Source: Phoronis australis (taxonomy: Eukaryota; Animalia; Phoronida). Taken from it: 34,739 nucleotides of DNA. Positions 21,901-32,800 of this stretch are shown here, one piece after another. The notes beneath the pieces are model-generated. The model made no database searches. It saw only the letters and a list, made by a program, of their open reading frames with translations, and had not been told where the DNA came from. Numbering within the stretch: position 1 is the stretch's first letter; every line of letters begins with the position of its first letter. A program made the translations under genes and the position numbers. Location: positions 1 to 34,739 of the forward strand of contig NMRA01000180.1 in assembly GCA_002633005.1 (NCBI GenBank), given 5' to 3'.

Positions 21901-24821
21901 AGTGTTGGCTTTTTTTTCTTCTACCCGATCTATCCGATACTTTCATACATGTAGGTTGTCATGGTCTTTTGTTACTGATTGGTAATTCTACTTTTACCAA
22001 AAATAGATTCTAATTGTATAAGACTTTGGAAAGTAGACGGTGAAACTACTAAGAGAGTACTTACACTTTTATAAGACATAGGTCGGGCAGGTACTAGCGC
22101 CAACTGAAGCTAGTTGGAACTCTGGCTGCGAAATAAAAATGAAATGTTTACCTATCTCTCGTCTCCAAATTCAGTAGGGTTATCAAAATCTGCCCTTAAC
22201 CGTTCATCACTCAATCATCTTTAACCTGACCAACTTTCTGATACCACCTCTGTCATTACGAATCTTCTCCGTCATTCCTGACATTTCCCAACAATTTTGT
22301 CAGGTACCCGCATTTCATCTGTTTTGGGTGTTTAATATCCCACACCTCTCCGGGCTGCGTGGATTTCGGTATCACCGAACCTAATACTGAAAAGCTTGCA
22401 GAGCAAATAGTTCTGATTTTAACCCAGAAGCTGTCTGAGCTTTGTATGTCTACCGATAGCACATACCGACCTGCGTACTTATTATCCTGTAGATGGTTGG
22501 GGCGAGTGGAGCGCGTGGTCACCGTGTTCTGAGAGCTGCAATGGAGGGTACAGGATACGACAGAAAGAATGTCACTCGCAGTGTGAAGGGGTTGGCAATG
22601 AGACGGAAACCTGTAACACTCAGGGATGCCCAGGTAACCCCCTTACATCGCGTGTGAATTAACAATGAATTTCCATTCTACTTATCCACTTGATATGGTA
22701 TCATGCAGCAGGTCATTTAAATTGGAGTGTGTTTAAATTGCAATAACATGAGCAACAGTACGTCGTACAAAAATAAAATGTCAGGTTTGATTTCTTTAAT
22801 TTCACGAAGGATTATACTGAAATTCAGTGTGTTTTGCTTGATTTTTTGTTTGAAGTCAACGGCCAATGGGGCAAATGGTCGGGCTGGTCAAAATGTAGCC
22901 AGACATGTGGAAAGGGTGAGCAGCAAAGACTGCGTCGCTGTGACGATCCTTCAACATCTTCCGGTGGAACGGATTGCAAAGGAGGCAATATTGAAAAGCA
23001 GGAATGTATAATCGAAAAGCTGTGCGAGAAGAAAGCGATTGCAGGCGATTTTGACAAATCACAGGCATCTGCGCAGGATAAGACAGTAATGATGATTGCC
23101 CTATCATCAACTGCTGGAGTAGTGTTTGTGGCGATAATTGTCATAGCAGCGTGTATTGTTTTTGCAAGGTGAGTGCAACGCTACTTACATGTACATGTGC
23201 ATCGAAATTTTTGCCACACGAAGAGATATTTTATGGCTCATCAAGAACGCCACCCACAAGCACACAAGTACGCGGTTCAAACAAAACCTTTTTCACACGC
23301 AAAGACTTTTTTCCAAGCGCCAGTTTAAATACAAAGTCATCGTGGTACGTAGCAAAGGTGTTTGCATATAGTTTTAGTTCAACTTTCGTTGTTAGGGTTC
23401 TTTCCACTCTTGCTAATCAAAATATGAATTTTCATTCAATTCGTCATTTGCAACGTTAACGATTTGTCGTAAGAACTATGTTATTGAAGACGAGGTTAAA
23501 CAATAGGAGCTGGACTGCTATTCAAAGACGCCTTTGGCAATAACAGATTCATGCACGAGCATGAATACCCTGAGAAGAATATCGACAAGGACACGACAAG
23601 TGTACCCTCCCACACGAGAACGGTATTTCAAAGAATATCACCAATGTTTTCATCAGTCATGAAGCGCGTACTTACCACCACATCACCGCTCTTCACACAA
23701 GAACAAAACACCTGGCACAAAAATGAGGTGTGATCTACAAGATAGAATGCCCAGAATGTCCGGCTACTTGAATTAAGGAACAGCTTGAAAGAAAGCAACA
23801 ACTTTTCAAAAATGTATCGACATGTCGGTAGTTGTTGTCTTTAGTCAAACTTTACTAGCGTTCGTCAGTGCAAGATGTTTCGGTAAGGAACACACGTGCA
23901 AAAATGTTACTAGTCTTCCCACAATGGAAGACCATAGTGATTCGACTCTCACAGTGTTACACCTGATAATGTGACTGTAATTGCATCAATTACACCAAGT
24001 ACAGTTTGACAGTACTTTGGAATGTTGTTTTTCTGGTGTCTTACTTCTGACGTGGATCCCACAGTTATATAGTTTCCACGTTCCCCTGAAACTCCAACGA
24101 ATTTTGAAAACTGGACATAATGAACTTCACATGCACCTGGCACTGCATACGGTTATTGTTTTCATCTGTCTTCTCACTGGCAGTGTATTGATAATTTTGG
24201 ACTGTTTCAATAATTTACCTGTAGTTCGCGATTCCTTCGTCCATTTGCCGATAGCAGCATGGATGCAGTGCCATTGTTGTCTCTTGGAAGACTAGACAGA
24301 GTTACGGCTTTGCGATCCAGAGCATTTCTTGGTTTTAGGTTCAGTACGACAATGAAGGCGACTACTATTTTGACCGTCATAAGTATTGGCTGCATTTGGC
24401 AGTAAGGATGTTTTAGTTCTGGCGTATACGCATGTATGTTCATGGTCTCATGCTGTATTTCAGGAGGAATTCAAGGAAACGGAAGAACGCTTTACGCGCG
24501 AGAAGCGAATTTGAGGACTATGCGTCACACAATCCCACCTACGATTCAATGTTTGACAATGCCGGGGCACACAGCGAAGAAAATGTTTACGACTATATTA
24601 ATAACCCAGCGGGGCTCCATGAATCGGACAACATTCGCAATCAACACGTGGTAAACGACTATCACAAGCCACCACTTGGAAAGGTCACCGTAGGAGCGCT
24701 ATTTCAACCAGCCACATTTTCCACTTTCACTGGCAAACGACGGTCTATGTCTGACGAACTTGCTGAGCAAGTGTCTTTAGATTATCATAACCCCACGTAC
24801 GTGTATATGAAGCCTGCATAA
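7612..24821 (+). CDS. PLAT domain + 25 TSP1 repeats + transmembrane helix + NPxY tail, type-I membrane protein (17 exons identified; 5' signal-peptide exon not found)
   Basis: Exons 7612-7771, 9080-9179, 9896-9995, 10682-10852, 13895-14065, 14294-16516, 16758-16928, 17096-17266, 17592-17762, 18939-19109, 19862-20026, 20628-20798, 21316-21486, 21720-21890, 22493-22633, 22856-23168, 24464-24821. All are GT-AG with compatible phases, summing to 5099 nt in one frame to TAA at 24819-24821. Confidence 0.85.
9400..9720 (-). mobile_element. Possible highly decayed non-LTR reverse transcriptase fragment
   Basis: Minus-strand fragments in shifting frames, RHGRGDCELKWH ... GLLNI ... GPQGSHTPLIYPHYFENAL, resemble RT motifs (GFRxGRST, GxPQGxxLSPxLFxxY) in the right order. 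Confidence 0.3.
11123..11951. mobile_element. Foldback / MITE-like element with about 340-bp inverted arms containing a tRNA-like segment
   Basis: 11123-11470 is the imperfect reverse complement of about 11605-11951 (e.g. ttcaaattggagatc / gatctccaatttgaa; caagtcaaagga / tcctttgacttg), with a spacer of about 135 bp. Confidence 0.8.
12310..12577 (+). pseudogene. Acidic N-terminal fragment resembling the Kolobok accessory (KolX / P2X7-ballast-like) protein
   Basis: MAETREFESDDDYEQE... then, after a frameshift, YFEPYELDPP...DPELRADVSE ending in tg|ataaat (probably a mutated W codon and GT donor). An acidic leader, YxFEP and R....W precede the Cys-rich domain in such proteins; that domain is absent here. 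Confidence 0.5.
12600..12864 (-). pseudogene. THAP zinc-finger domain, frameshifted and truncated (transposase N-terminus)
   Basis: MQSTFSVEKVRRGIKRCVSGGCSNSSQAENVSV/(frameshift)PKDTKVAQKWHDLVRRTRVW...LCSAHFEDSCFD carries the C2CH THAP signature with the conserved P, W and F. Confidence 0.85.
14294..16516 (+). CDS. 2223-bp exon encoding 13 tandem TSP1 repeats
   Basis: Exactly 13 x 171 bp; ttttag acceptor and ccag|gtttg donor; lies within ORF 14242-16536. Confidence 0.95.
18093..18222. repeat. 65-bp tandem duplication (2 units)
   Basis: gtagctgacg...ccgcgtgcacgctaaatcc...agtcaa starts at 18093 and again at 18158. Confidence 0.85.
18397..18549. mobile_element. 153-bp MITE
   Basis: TIRs cagtggcggat / atccgcccctg; 5-bp TSD ATCAC at 18392-18396 and 18550-18554; G-rich subterminal tract. 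Confidence 0.8.
22856..23168 (+). CDS. Exon with the last TSP1 repeat, stalk and transmembrane helix
   Basis: VNGQWGKWSGWSKCSQTCG... then hydrophobic VMMIALSSTAGVVFVAIIVIAACIVFA; donor ag|gtgagt. Confidence 0.9.
23540..23785 (+). mobile_element. Decayed Penelope-like retroelement fragment (GIY-YIG endonuclease start)
   Basis: From 23727, GVIYKIECPECPAT*IKE matches the Penelope GVVYxIxCxxCxxxYIGET motif with a nonsense change; upstream EYPEKNI resembles the NGYP linker. Confidence 0.6.
24464..24821 (+). CDS. Terminal exon: cytoplasmic tail
   Basis: Basic stop-transfer RRNSRKRK, NPTY twice, ENVYDYI, KRRSMS, then TAA. The phase-2 acceptor tttcag matches the previous donor. Confidence 0.85.
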
Positions 24822-25183
24822 GGGCATTGCGGGAAGGTTGATTGATCAGTGCGAAATTTATCATAATGTGAAATGCACATGCATGTTCTCATCTGTTCAT
24901 ATTGGTGCACTCGTTCCATTGAAGCTGACTCACTAAATTCGTTTCTAGTAATTATGCTAATGAATGTGATTTAAGGTTAACGCATTGTCCTTGGATTTTT
25001 ATCTTTAAGGGACAACACAAGAAAAAATGCGCGCGATTTGGCAATGAATTTAAGGCGTGTCACAGGTTTACTGTTTGGCACATGGCTATCGCAGTCGAAA
25101 AGGTTTTTCTTAGCTGTTGTTTACGCAATGAAGAACTCACGGCGTCGGAGTTTTACGGGATATTGAAACTTGGTTTGGTCCAC

Positions 25184-25879
25184 AGGTGTCCTCAGCTTCT
25201 GATCGTGCTCAATACACTATATGTAATACCACAAGGTACATGTATGACACTCTCGTCAAGGAATTCCACGGGTGCTTCACTTCAGCCGTCCATATCAAAC
25301 ACAAGACTCAATATACTTACACAAAACAAGGTTTCAACGAACCATTAGCAATTGTTCTCTATTCTAGTGCCATTCACAGTATCCTGTTCCAGTGAGTTCA
25401 CAACAAATTCGTGGTCAAAGCACAAAAATGTTCCCAAAACACATGCATACTTCGCACTTTGACGGTTCGAGGTCAATGACGGTACTGAAATTGCTGGTTT
25501 GTCACGGAAAGTCACAACCTCGATATCTTCGTAACCTCCGTTAAGTAACGGCAATGTCCGTCCATCCGCAACTCATCGGATAATTCCGTACTGATCTCGA
25601 ATTGTCAAGGTGCGAAGTATGCATGGGCTTTTTGGGAACATTTTTGTGCTTTGACCGCGAATTTGTTGCAAACTCACTGAAGAAGGACACTGTGAATGGC
25701 ATTAGAAGAAAGGACAATTGCTATTGGTTTGTTGAAACCCTGTTTTGTGTAAATTTAATGAGTTTTGTGTTTGATATGGACGGCTGAAGTGAAGCACGCG
25801 TTGAATTCCTTGTCGAGAGTGTCATATCTTGTAGTATTATATGTCGTCTATTGGAGACGATCACGAACTGAGGATGCCT
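25184..25879. mobile_element. Foldback / long inverted repeat (about 300-bp arms, about 100-bp loop)
   Basis: 25184-25482 is reverse-complementary to 25584-25879 (e.g. gcttcacttcagccgtccatatcaaacacaa / ttgtgtttgatatggacggctgaagtgaagc). Confidence 0.9.
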
Positions 25880-26507
25880 TTGGTTTTGTCTGGACTAAAA
25901 CAACCCAAACGCAAAATAGAAAATTACTGGATTTTCATAAAATGAATTATAGCTTCATTTAACTATTGGAGTCCCACACATCACTAACTTGTTTGAAAAC
26001 TATCATCGGATTCTTGAAACTCAAATAACATTGGCGGCGGTATGAAACTATTCGTGAACATATTTGGTTAGTGGTCTCATGTGTATTCAAAAGCCTTAAC
26101 CGGTCGTATTGAAGGACCGTAAGAAAGGAATTATGTCCCAAAACATGTTCCAAAACAATGGTTTCTAAGATGCCACTGTCATTAACTCTGATACATTGGC
26201 GGCCATGATACTCCAAAACAAAACTGTTGATTTTAAGTAAATCAACACCAAAACAAAGGGATTCGTTTTAGATTCCTCAACTAGATCATTTAGAAACCAT
26301 GAAAACCTTTTCAAACAACTCACGATTCTTTCTGGGAAATGTATTTTTAAAGGCCAGTATTATTGAATCTAATTGTGCTGTATGTATGTAAATTTATGAT
26401 GCTTTGAGTAAAAAGGTGCTTGTATAAATGTTTAAAATTTGTGGTTCCATATTCATGTATTCACACAATTGTGATCAGTACGCTATACAACAGTAAAAAT
26501 CATATGG

Positions 26508-26513
26508 AATAAA
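26508..26513 (+). promoter_or_regulatory. Candidate polyadenylation signal of the PLAT-TSR gene
   Basis: First AATAAA I found downstream of the stop codon at 24821. Confidence 0.35.
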
Positions 26514-26619
26514 GTCCAATTTAATCGTCTAAAAACCGTCTTCTGTGGAATACGTAAGGGTCCCTTAATGGGGAATACTTTGTTAGCATTTTATTACATA
26601 TATTCGCCCTTTTAATTAT

Positions 26620-27460
26620 GTATTAGCGCATGTTGCCATCCTCTCTGTCTGAGCATCCTTAGCCCTAGGCGGCGTTCGGGCGTTCGGCGTTCATTGCTGG
26701 TATGTCGCCTAAAGCCTTTGCGGGATTTTAACGAGATTTCATAGAAATGATTCTATGGAGCTGATAATAGAGTACAATGATTTTTGGTCCTATCCCCTTC
26801 ACTACTACTCTACCCCCTTGTGGCAATTTGAGATTTTAGGGTTGCTTGTTGGATGGATTTTTGTGAAAGTTAGCAAATAGGTCTTCATTAAAAAGAGAGC
26901 GACATATTGTCACTTCCGGGTGGCTTTGACGATTTTGCGCCATCTGAAAGTCATTTTTAAATCAACCTGTCTATTGTTTGCCCTTCGCCTTAAAAATCTG
27001 TATTTTGACACACCGGGATCATTATGAAATTTGCTATGTGTGTTCCAGGTGAGGAGACCAAAGCTGCCGTTTATTTCCGGACGGGTTTCAACTCGTTGTT
27101 TTTACGTCTACGGCTGTAATCTCTTTCAACTTTTTGCAGAATCTGTAAGAATTTTGAAGGGTGGGTTCCTATGGAGCTAACAATGGACGAGTATCAGACC
27201 GATACGACTACCGCTCTGCTTTCTAGTGGTAATTTATTTTGTTACGTTTGCTCTGCTTTCTAGTGGTAATTTAACTTTTGTACGTTTGCTATGTGTCTTT
27301 GGAGTTCATTGATGACTTGTAAAGAAAATTGACTAATAGGTTACCATCAAAGAGACTGCGATATTCCAATTTCGGATGTATTAGGTGTATTTTTGCGCCA
27401 ACTTAGGGTCATTTTTATTTATTTGAGATCGCTTTTGGCGTCCACATCCGCCAAGCCGGT
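26620..27460. mobile_element. Possible non-autonomous Helentron/HINE-like element with degenerate internal repeats
   Basis: Starts tattagc..., then a short GGCGTTC repeat (ggcggcgttcgggcgttcggcgttc), then recurrent degenerate blocks like gat(t)ttnatgaaatttg...ttcctatggagct spaced about 130-170 bp. Confidence 0.35.
27213..27289. repeat. 37-bp tandem duplication
   Basis: gctctgctttctagtggtaattta...tacgttt starts at 27213 and again at 27250. Confidence 0.85.
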
Positions 27461-28407
27461 CAAAGGATCATTTAGAAACACATGTGTTCCTGATGATTAG
27501 ACTGCAGCCGACATATTTTCGTAAGGTCTGACAACTGTAGCCTCCCTGGTCGTGATGTCTTTTTGCGTCCTGTGCTGTATCTTCCCAATCATTTAGAGCA
27601 TCTATGTGAAGTTTTGGAAGGGTATACAACTTTTGGAAGTCTCTGACTACCGTTGTGGCATCTGGTGGCAACATCAGGTCTTACTTTTGACTCCGTATCT
27701 TCAGAGCTATTCGAGGGTTTTCTCATTAAATCTGAAGGCGATAGCATATTTCCTGCTTTTGAAGAATTCGGCATATTTTGCGCTACTTTGTGGCCACGTT
27801 TATTTTTTTTTTCAAGTCGTCATATTTATGTGCGACCAGACAAGATCTGACGACTCTACCCTCTCGTCCGAAAAACAAGACGCTCGATTTCGTAACAGTT
27901 TGTCTTTATGAGTGGAATTTGGTCCACATACGGCCGACAGTACACGCACGTACATGTAGACACACTTAGACGCACTGCACCTCTTTTTTCTTGCTGACCC
28001 TGAGTAACGCAGTCTTCTTACGCTGCTGGGTTTCGCATATCGTAACCTTGATGTGATCAGCGACGTTTTTCGTTGCACAACGTGGAAAAGAGGAACAAAG
28101 TTGACACCACCTATTAGTTAGCCAAAATTAAGACAAAACACAAACGTTAAAAACTTAAAAGAGGCCTAGAACGCGATGTATAGACTAAAATACAATATTG
28201 AAAGTGGTTTTCTGCCACTGAAACAGAATTCAACCTGATCACCGGGTATTTTTAGAGTTTGTTTGTAACGAATTTTATTTCTTTTGATATCAAACTACTT
28301 TCTTTTAGTTTCAATTTTCAAAAAACGATCTGTCAACTTTCCGCCACTTCGTCGATTTTCTCCCACAAGGCAAAGCACTTCTCTCTATTTAATATGGCAA
28401 GACATAA

Positions 28408-28895
28408 GGGCCTTTCATACTAACGTCGACGCATCGATGGTTTGGGGAGTTGCGGTCAGTATGAACGCTTATCTCCGGTCCTGGATCGCAGTTAACAGGT
28501 GGATTTAATAGCGCAGCGTCGACGCTGCGGTGCAGTATGAACGCTTAACTTCGGTCCAATCGAAGTTATCGCCAGGTGCCACTATTATCGTCAACAGTTA
28601 CAAGGTAGGCCTAGTGCCGTCACTAATAGCTGCTTAATATATTTTACTCTAATAATAACCAATCGATTGAAAAACAAGTTTAATGTCACTTAGCACGTGT
28701 AAATGTTTCCAAATTGAAGCATTGAAAAATCTTAGCGTGCAACGCTACCTTGCGATAACTTCGATGATGGCAGCGGCACCAACCGCTTACTTCGATGTTC
28801 ATTAACTACCGAAGCCAGTATGAACGGTCCTGTTAACTGCGCTGTTTACGTCGGCGCTCCTCTCAGACCGAAGTTAAGTCAATATGGAAGGGCCC
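28408..28895. mobile_element. PIF/Harbinger-type (Tourist-like) MITE
   Basis: TIRs gggcctttcatact / aatatggaagggccc flanked by TAA and ATA; three internal TIR-like cagtatgaac repeats; internal palindromes such as gcagcgtcgacgctgc. Confidence 0.7.
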
Positions 28896-29823
28896 ATAGT
28901 TGTAGTACATTTCCCTTATATGAAAATGTGACTTTGAGCAGCCGATTGTGCGCGTATGCGCGCATTTATCATACACTGTACATTTAAGTGGTAGGGAGAT
29001 TAGAAATTAGTTTTCCCTTCGAGCGTGTCTCAAAAATCGTGAATTTTGTGATTGTTTTTGGACATTTCCTCAGAGGGGAAAGTAAATTATTTTGTACTAG
29101 ACGTTATACTAGATGATACTCTCCTCAGGACTTTTTAAAAGATATTTTTGACGAATTTTCGTGTTCCATGCCCTTTTAAGTCAAACTTAAGATCTCTTGG
29201 AACGAACTTGAGATAAATTTAAGTTTTATCTTGAAATTGGTTGAAATTTAAGATATGTCTTAGCTAAGTCAGTTTTCTTGGAACGAGCTCCGATTTCTTA
29301 CATGTAAATTAGGAATGTTACATGAAAAGATCCTGCTGGGTTCAAAGCCAAAATTTGACGTAGTTTAAAAATGGATTAGCAGCGTTTGCACAGAGTCTTC
29401 ATTATACAGGAAAACATACCCAAGTCCCTAACAGACCTGATTCATGAAATTAATATGCTACATGTACTTGGCATGATAGAAATTCAGTTCTTTCGCCTAA
29501 CCGAATTATGATATCACCTGGACACAAAATGCTCCCCTTTTGAAAAAGCTGACCATCCCAGTGTTGGCCGCGAACGTTTGGCCTGCTTTTTTATCGGTTT
29601 TCCTCCGAAGAAAGTGGTTTGGAGTGCAAACCATGGTAAGGGAAGATTTGAACCATGTTTTGCATGCACATGGTCAAATGACCCGATTTGCAATTTGAAG
29701 GAAACGAGGAAGACTTTGTCTTTAAAGCAAGGAGTTTTGAAGTGATGCACAAACATTTTGTTGTAGATCTATTTTCTTTAGCCTTCAAGCATAGCATAAT
29801 GCGCGGAGAATTTGAAGGAAAGT

Positions 29824-32800
29824 TTAACCAGATCCGCAAACGTATGAACAGTAGTTGTTACTGTTGGTCCCTTCATAGACCCAGCAGGTGGCGCGGTTGT
29901 CCGTGTAGCGCCCAATATGAATGTGTTCTCCGCCAGTACAAGTCCTGGAACCGTGCCAGATGACCTGTAACGAAGAATGCAAATGCTAAATTTATTTATA
30001 CAAGGGTGGAGTCCCAACTATAGACATTTAGATAGGGTCCTGTAGACGTAAGAAACTCTTGGTTAGCGAACGGAAACAACGAATTCTGGGTATAGGCCTA
30101 ATCATGGGCGGCGCACCATAGGGGCCTGGGGGGGCTATAGCTCACCATATTTTTCACAGCTACGTCGCCCATGTTCTGTGGGAGATGCACCACTTTTTTC
30201 AGTCTGCACCGCCCATGATAATGGAATACCTCAACGACCAAGCACTTAAGTGACCTATGTTTTGCTGGATTACCCTAGCCCTGAATAATTCCGAAACACT
30301 CGCTTTTCATCTGTGTGATTTACATGTAGCGTGGTCTTGCATGATCTCACTTCTCACGCACAAAACATGGTCTACGGAATGCACTTCAGATATGCATGCA
30401 TCAGTAAACGTTATTCGTTTACATTCGCTCAGGCAAGAGCCAGTTGCAGAATATATTTTGCGACAGTTAGGCCACAAGTGTATTGAATAGCGGCCAATGC
30501 ATTTTTATCTGCGACAGTTTGCATGAAACACCCAGTTAGGAACTCAACTCTATTCCCAAATATTTAAAAAGTTTGCGTCCTTGTTTCGCTGCATTATCAT
30601 TATGAGTTCCTGTTTGGCTGGTTACAGTTTCTGTTCTGAAAACTCAGCCCTTAATTTCAATTAATCATAAAAAGCTTATCTAATGCTTAAGAAGACCCTG
30701 CACATGTTCAATACTTAGTGCGAGTTTATAGCTAAAATTGACTTAGAAATGGAAATGGTACAGCAATAGAACGGATTGCCAGTGGCTTGCACAAATAAGT
30801 GTACAACTGCGGTGAAAACGTATTTGAGTACCTATTTAGGACTGTTTCGCGTAACCGCTTACTGTTTCCCATAATATGGCTCTTAACTCACATCCGATTG
30901 GCCAGATCTCTCACCTGGTAGTAACGAGCGAGAATACCGCTTGATTTGATCTTCTGAAATATAGCAGCCCCAGAGCTTTGTCCGTCAATCCAGAAGTCAG
31001 CCGCCCTTCCGACATCGTGCTATGGACAGATAGGTGTGGCAATAGCGTGTCAAAGATATACATGTATGAAAAACTGAGTGCAGTGTATCAAATTCGTTTA
31101 TCCTATCAAAAAGTAAAATACAATGTAGATCAGTTACCGTTATAAAACTAGGTTAACTCTGAATAGAATACGGAAACTGTCAGATATTTATTGCTTGAGG
31201 CATCTTGTTCCGACGAATCCTGTTTTGCGCCCAGTATGGTCTCAGGAAATAACAAGCACCCGCCTTTCAACGGTGTGATGAAGATCGCCCTCATGTGACC
31301 AGAGTGGCGACGCAAATGTCTAAGACGTGGCAACAGAAGTTTCTGGTGTAGACACTAATGCACACCCCGGAGTTAATCGCTTGTAGTAAAAATAATCATG
31401 GGTCCGTGAACGTAAATTCTACGGGACAGCAAATGGCACCATTACCAACAACTATTTTATTGCCCCAGAAAAGCGTTACAGGTTCCACCAGGTACTCATA
31501 CATTGATACATGTATAAGGTCAAAAACCAATGTTTCCTCGAGGCCTGATAAAACACCGATCACTTCGCCACAATATCAACACGCAACTTCACGTGGAAGT
31601 TTATAATTTCCTTTCAGGAACACATCTCTGATGCATAATCAATCATAGCTCGCGTGTCAAAACCTTCATTTATTTCATTTCACAGGCGAAAGAGACGTAC
31701 TGTAACTGTGAATAAAGTTCAATTTCAAGGCATTCACAGCCTTCTGGTCCAAAATTAGCAAGTCAAAGTTTTATATGCTATGACGGTGCAGTAATTGTAA
31801 TAAGTCAATTAGATGCTGCGTAAGAATTGGCATTGATAATGTATCTGGCTGAGCCCAGGGGCATGGATAACGTAAACTCACGTGAGATCTCCCGTTACCA
31901 TTCCTGTCGCCACTGGTTACCCATAACCGGGTGCAGAACAAGTCAGCTATGCGTTGTAGGTCTTGCTTAACTTTGCTGTCGGAGATACGGTAACCACGGT
32001 AGTCTACTCTGCCGCAACCCGATTTTCCTAGAAGGAAAAGTATTGTGCTGAAGCATTATGTTCTTATTTCCAATACTCGATCACATGTTCGTACATGTAC
32101 ATTCCCTATAGAAAGGAAAATTAATTCACTAGAAAATTTTCGAATTTTTGCGCCGAAGCTCCAAAAAAGATTTCACGTTTGCACCATACTTTTGAACTGT
32201 ACACCGTGAATAAAAACTAAGAGAGAGAATACAAGGACAAAAATGTCACAGGCATTATGTTTGTAATACAGATAACAAACCGACTGAGCCACCGGAAGAA
32301 CACTGAGCGGACGATCCGACTTTCAGGTACTTGCCGACTGTCCAGACGCTCTGCAAAAGACAATTAGTTGCAAGGGAATAATATGACTTAAAAGTGTCAA
32401 CAATAAAATGTACAAAAGGATGTACTTTCAGTGAACATTGTTCACACCTGAGCGGATTAGATTGTGTAAATACAGTTTTCGTTGTTGTTGTTGTCGTTAC
32501 CTTAGTCCCGTATGTCAACTTGAACCACTGGTATCCGTCCTTGGTAAGTCTGAGCCCAGCGTATTTGTAACATTCACCCCTGTTGAGCGTTGCTACTACA
32601 CTTGCCCTGATGCTGGCTGAAATGTGTTTTGACAATAATGTCAGATTTTATTTCGTCGTCAATTGAAGTTAATTAGAGAGCATATTAGAAAATGTGATCA
32701 TTATCCGTAGATCATTGCAACATAATTTCATCCCACGGTAAAAGTTTTAACACATCAAGTAGAAAACTTGAACTTGTAGAGTTTAATGCCGAAATCTGCT

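Noticed and set aside
27468-28078. Minus-strand ORFs as a LINE ORF1 or gene start
   Set aside because: No recognisable motif or splice structure; too weak to call.
29824-32027. Hedgehog N-terminal domain, or bacterial contamination
   Set aside because: It lacks Hedgehog-specific sequence and a Hint domain; canonical introns and the animal context exclude contamination.
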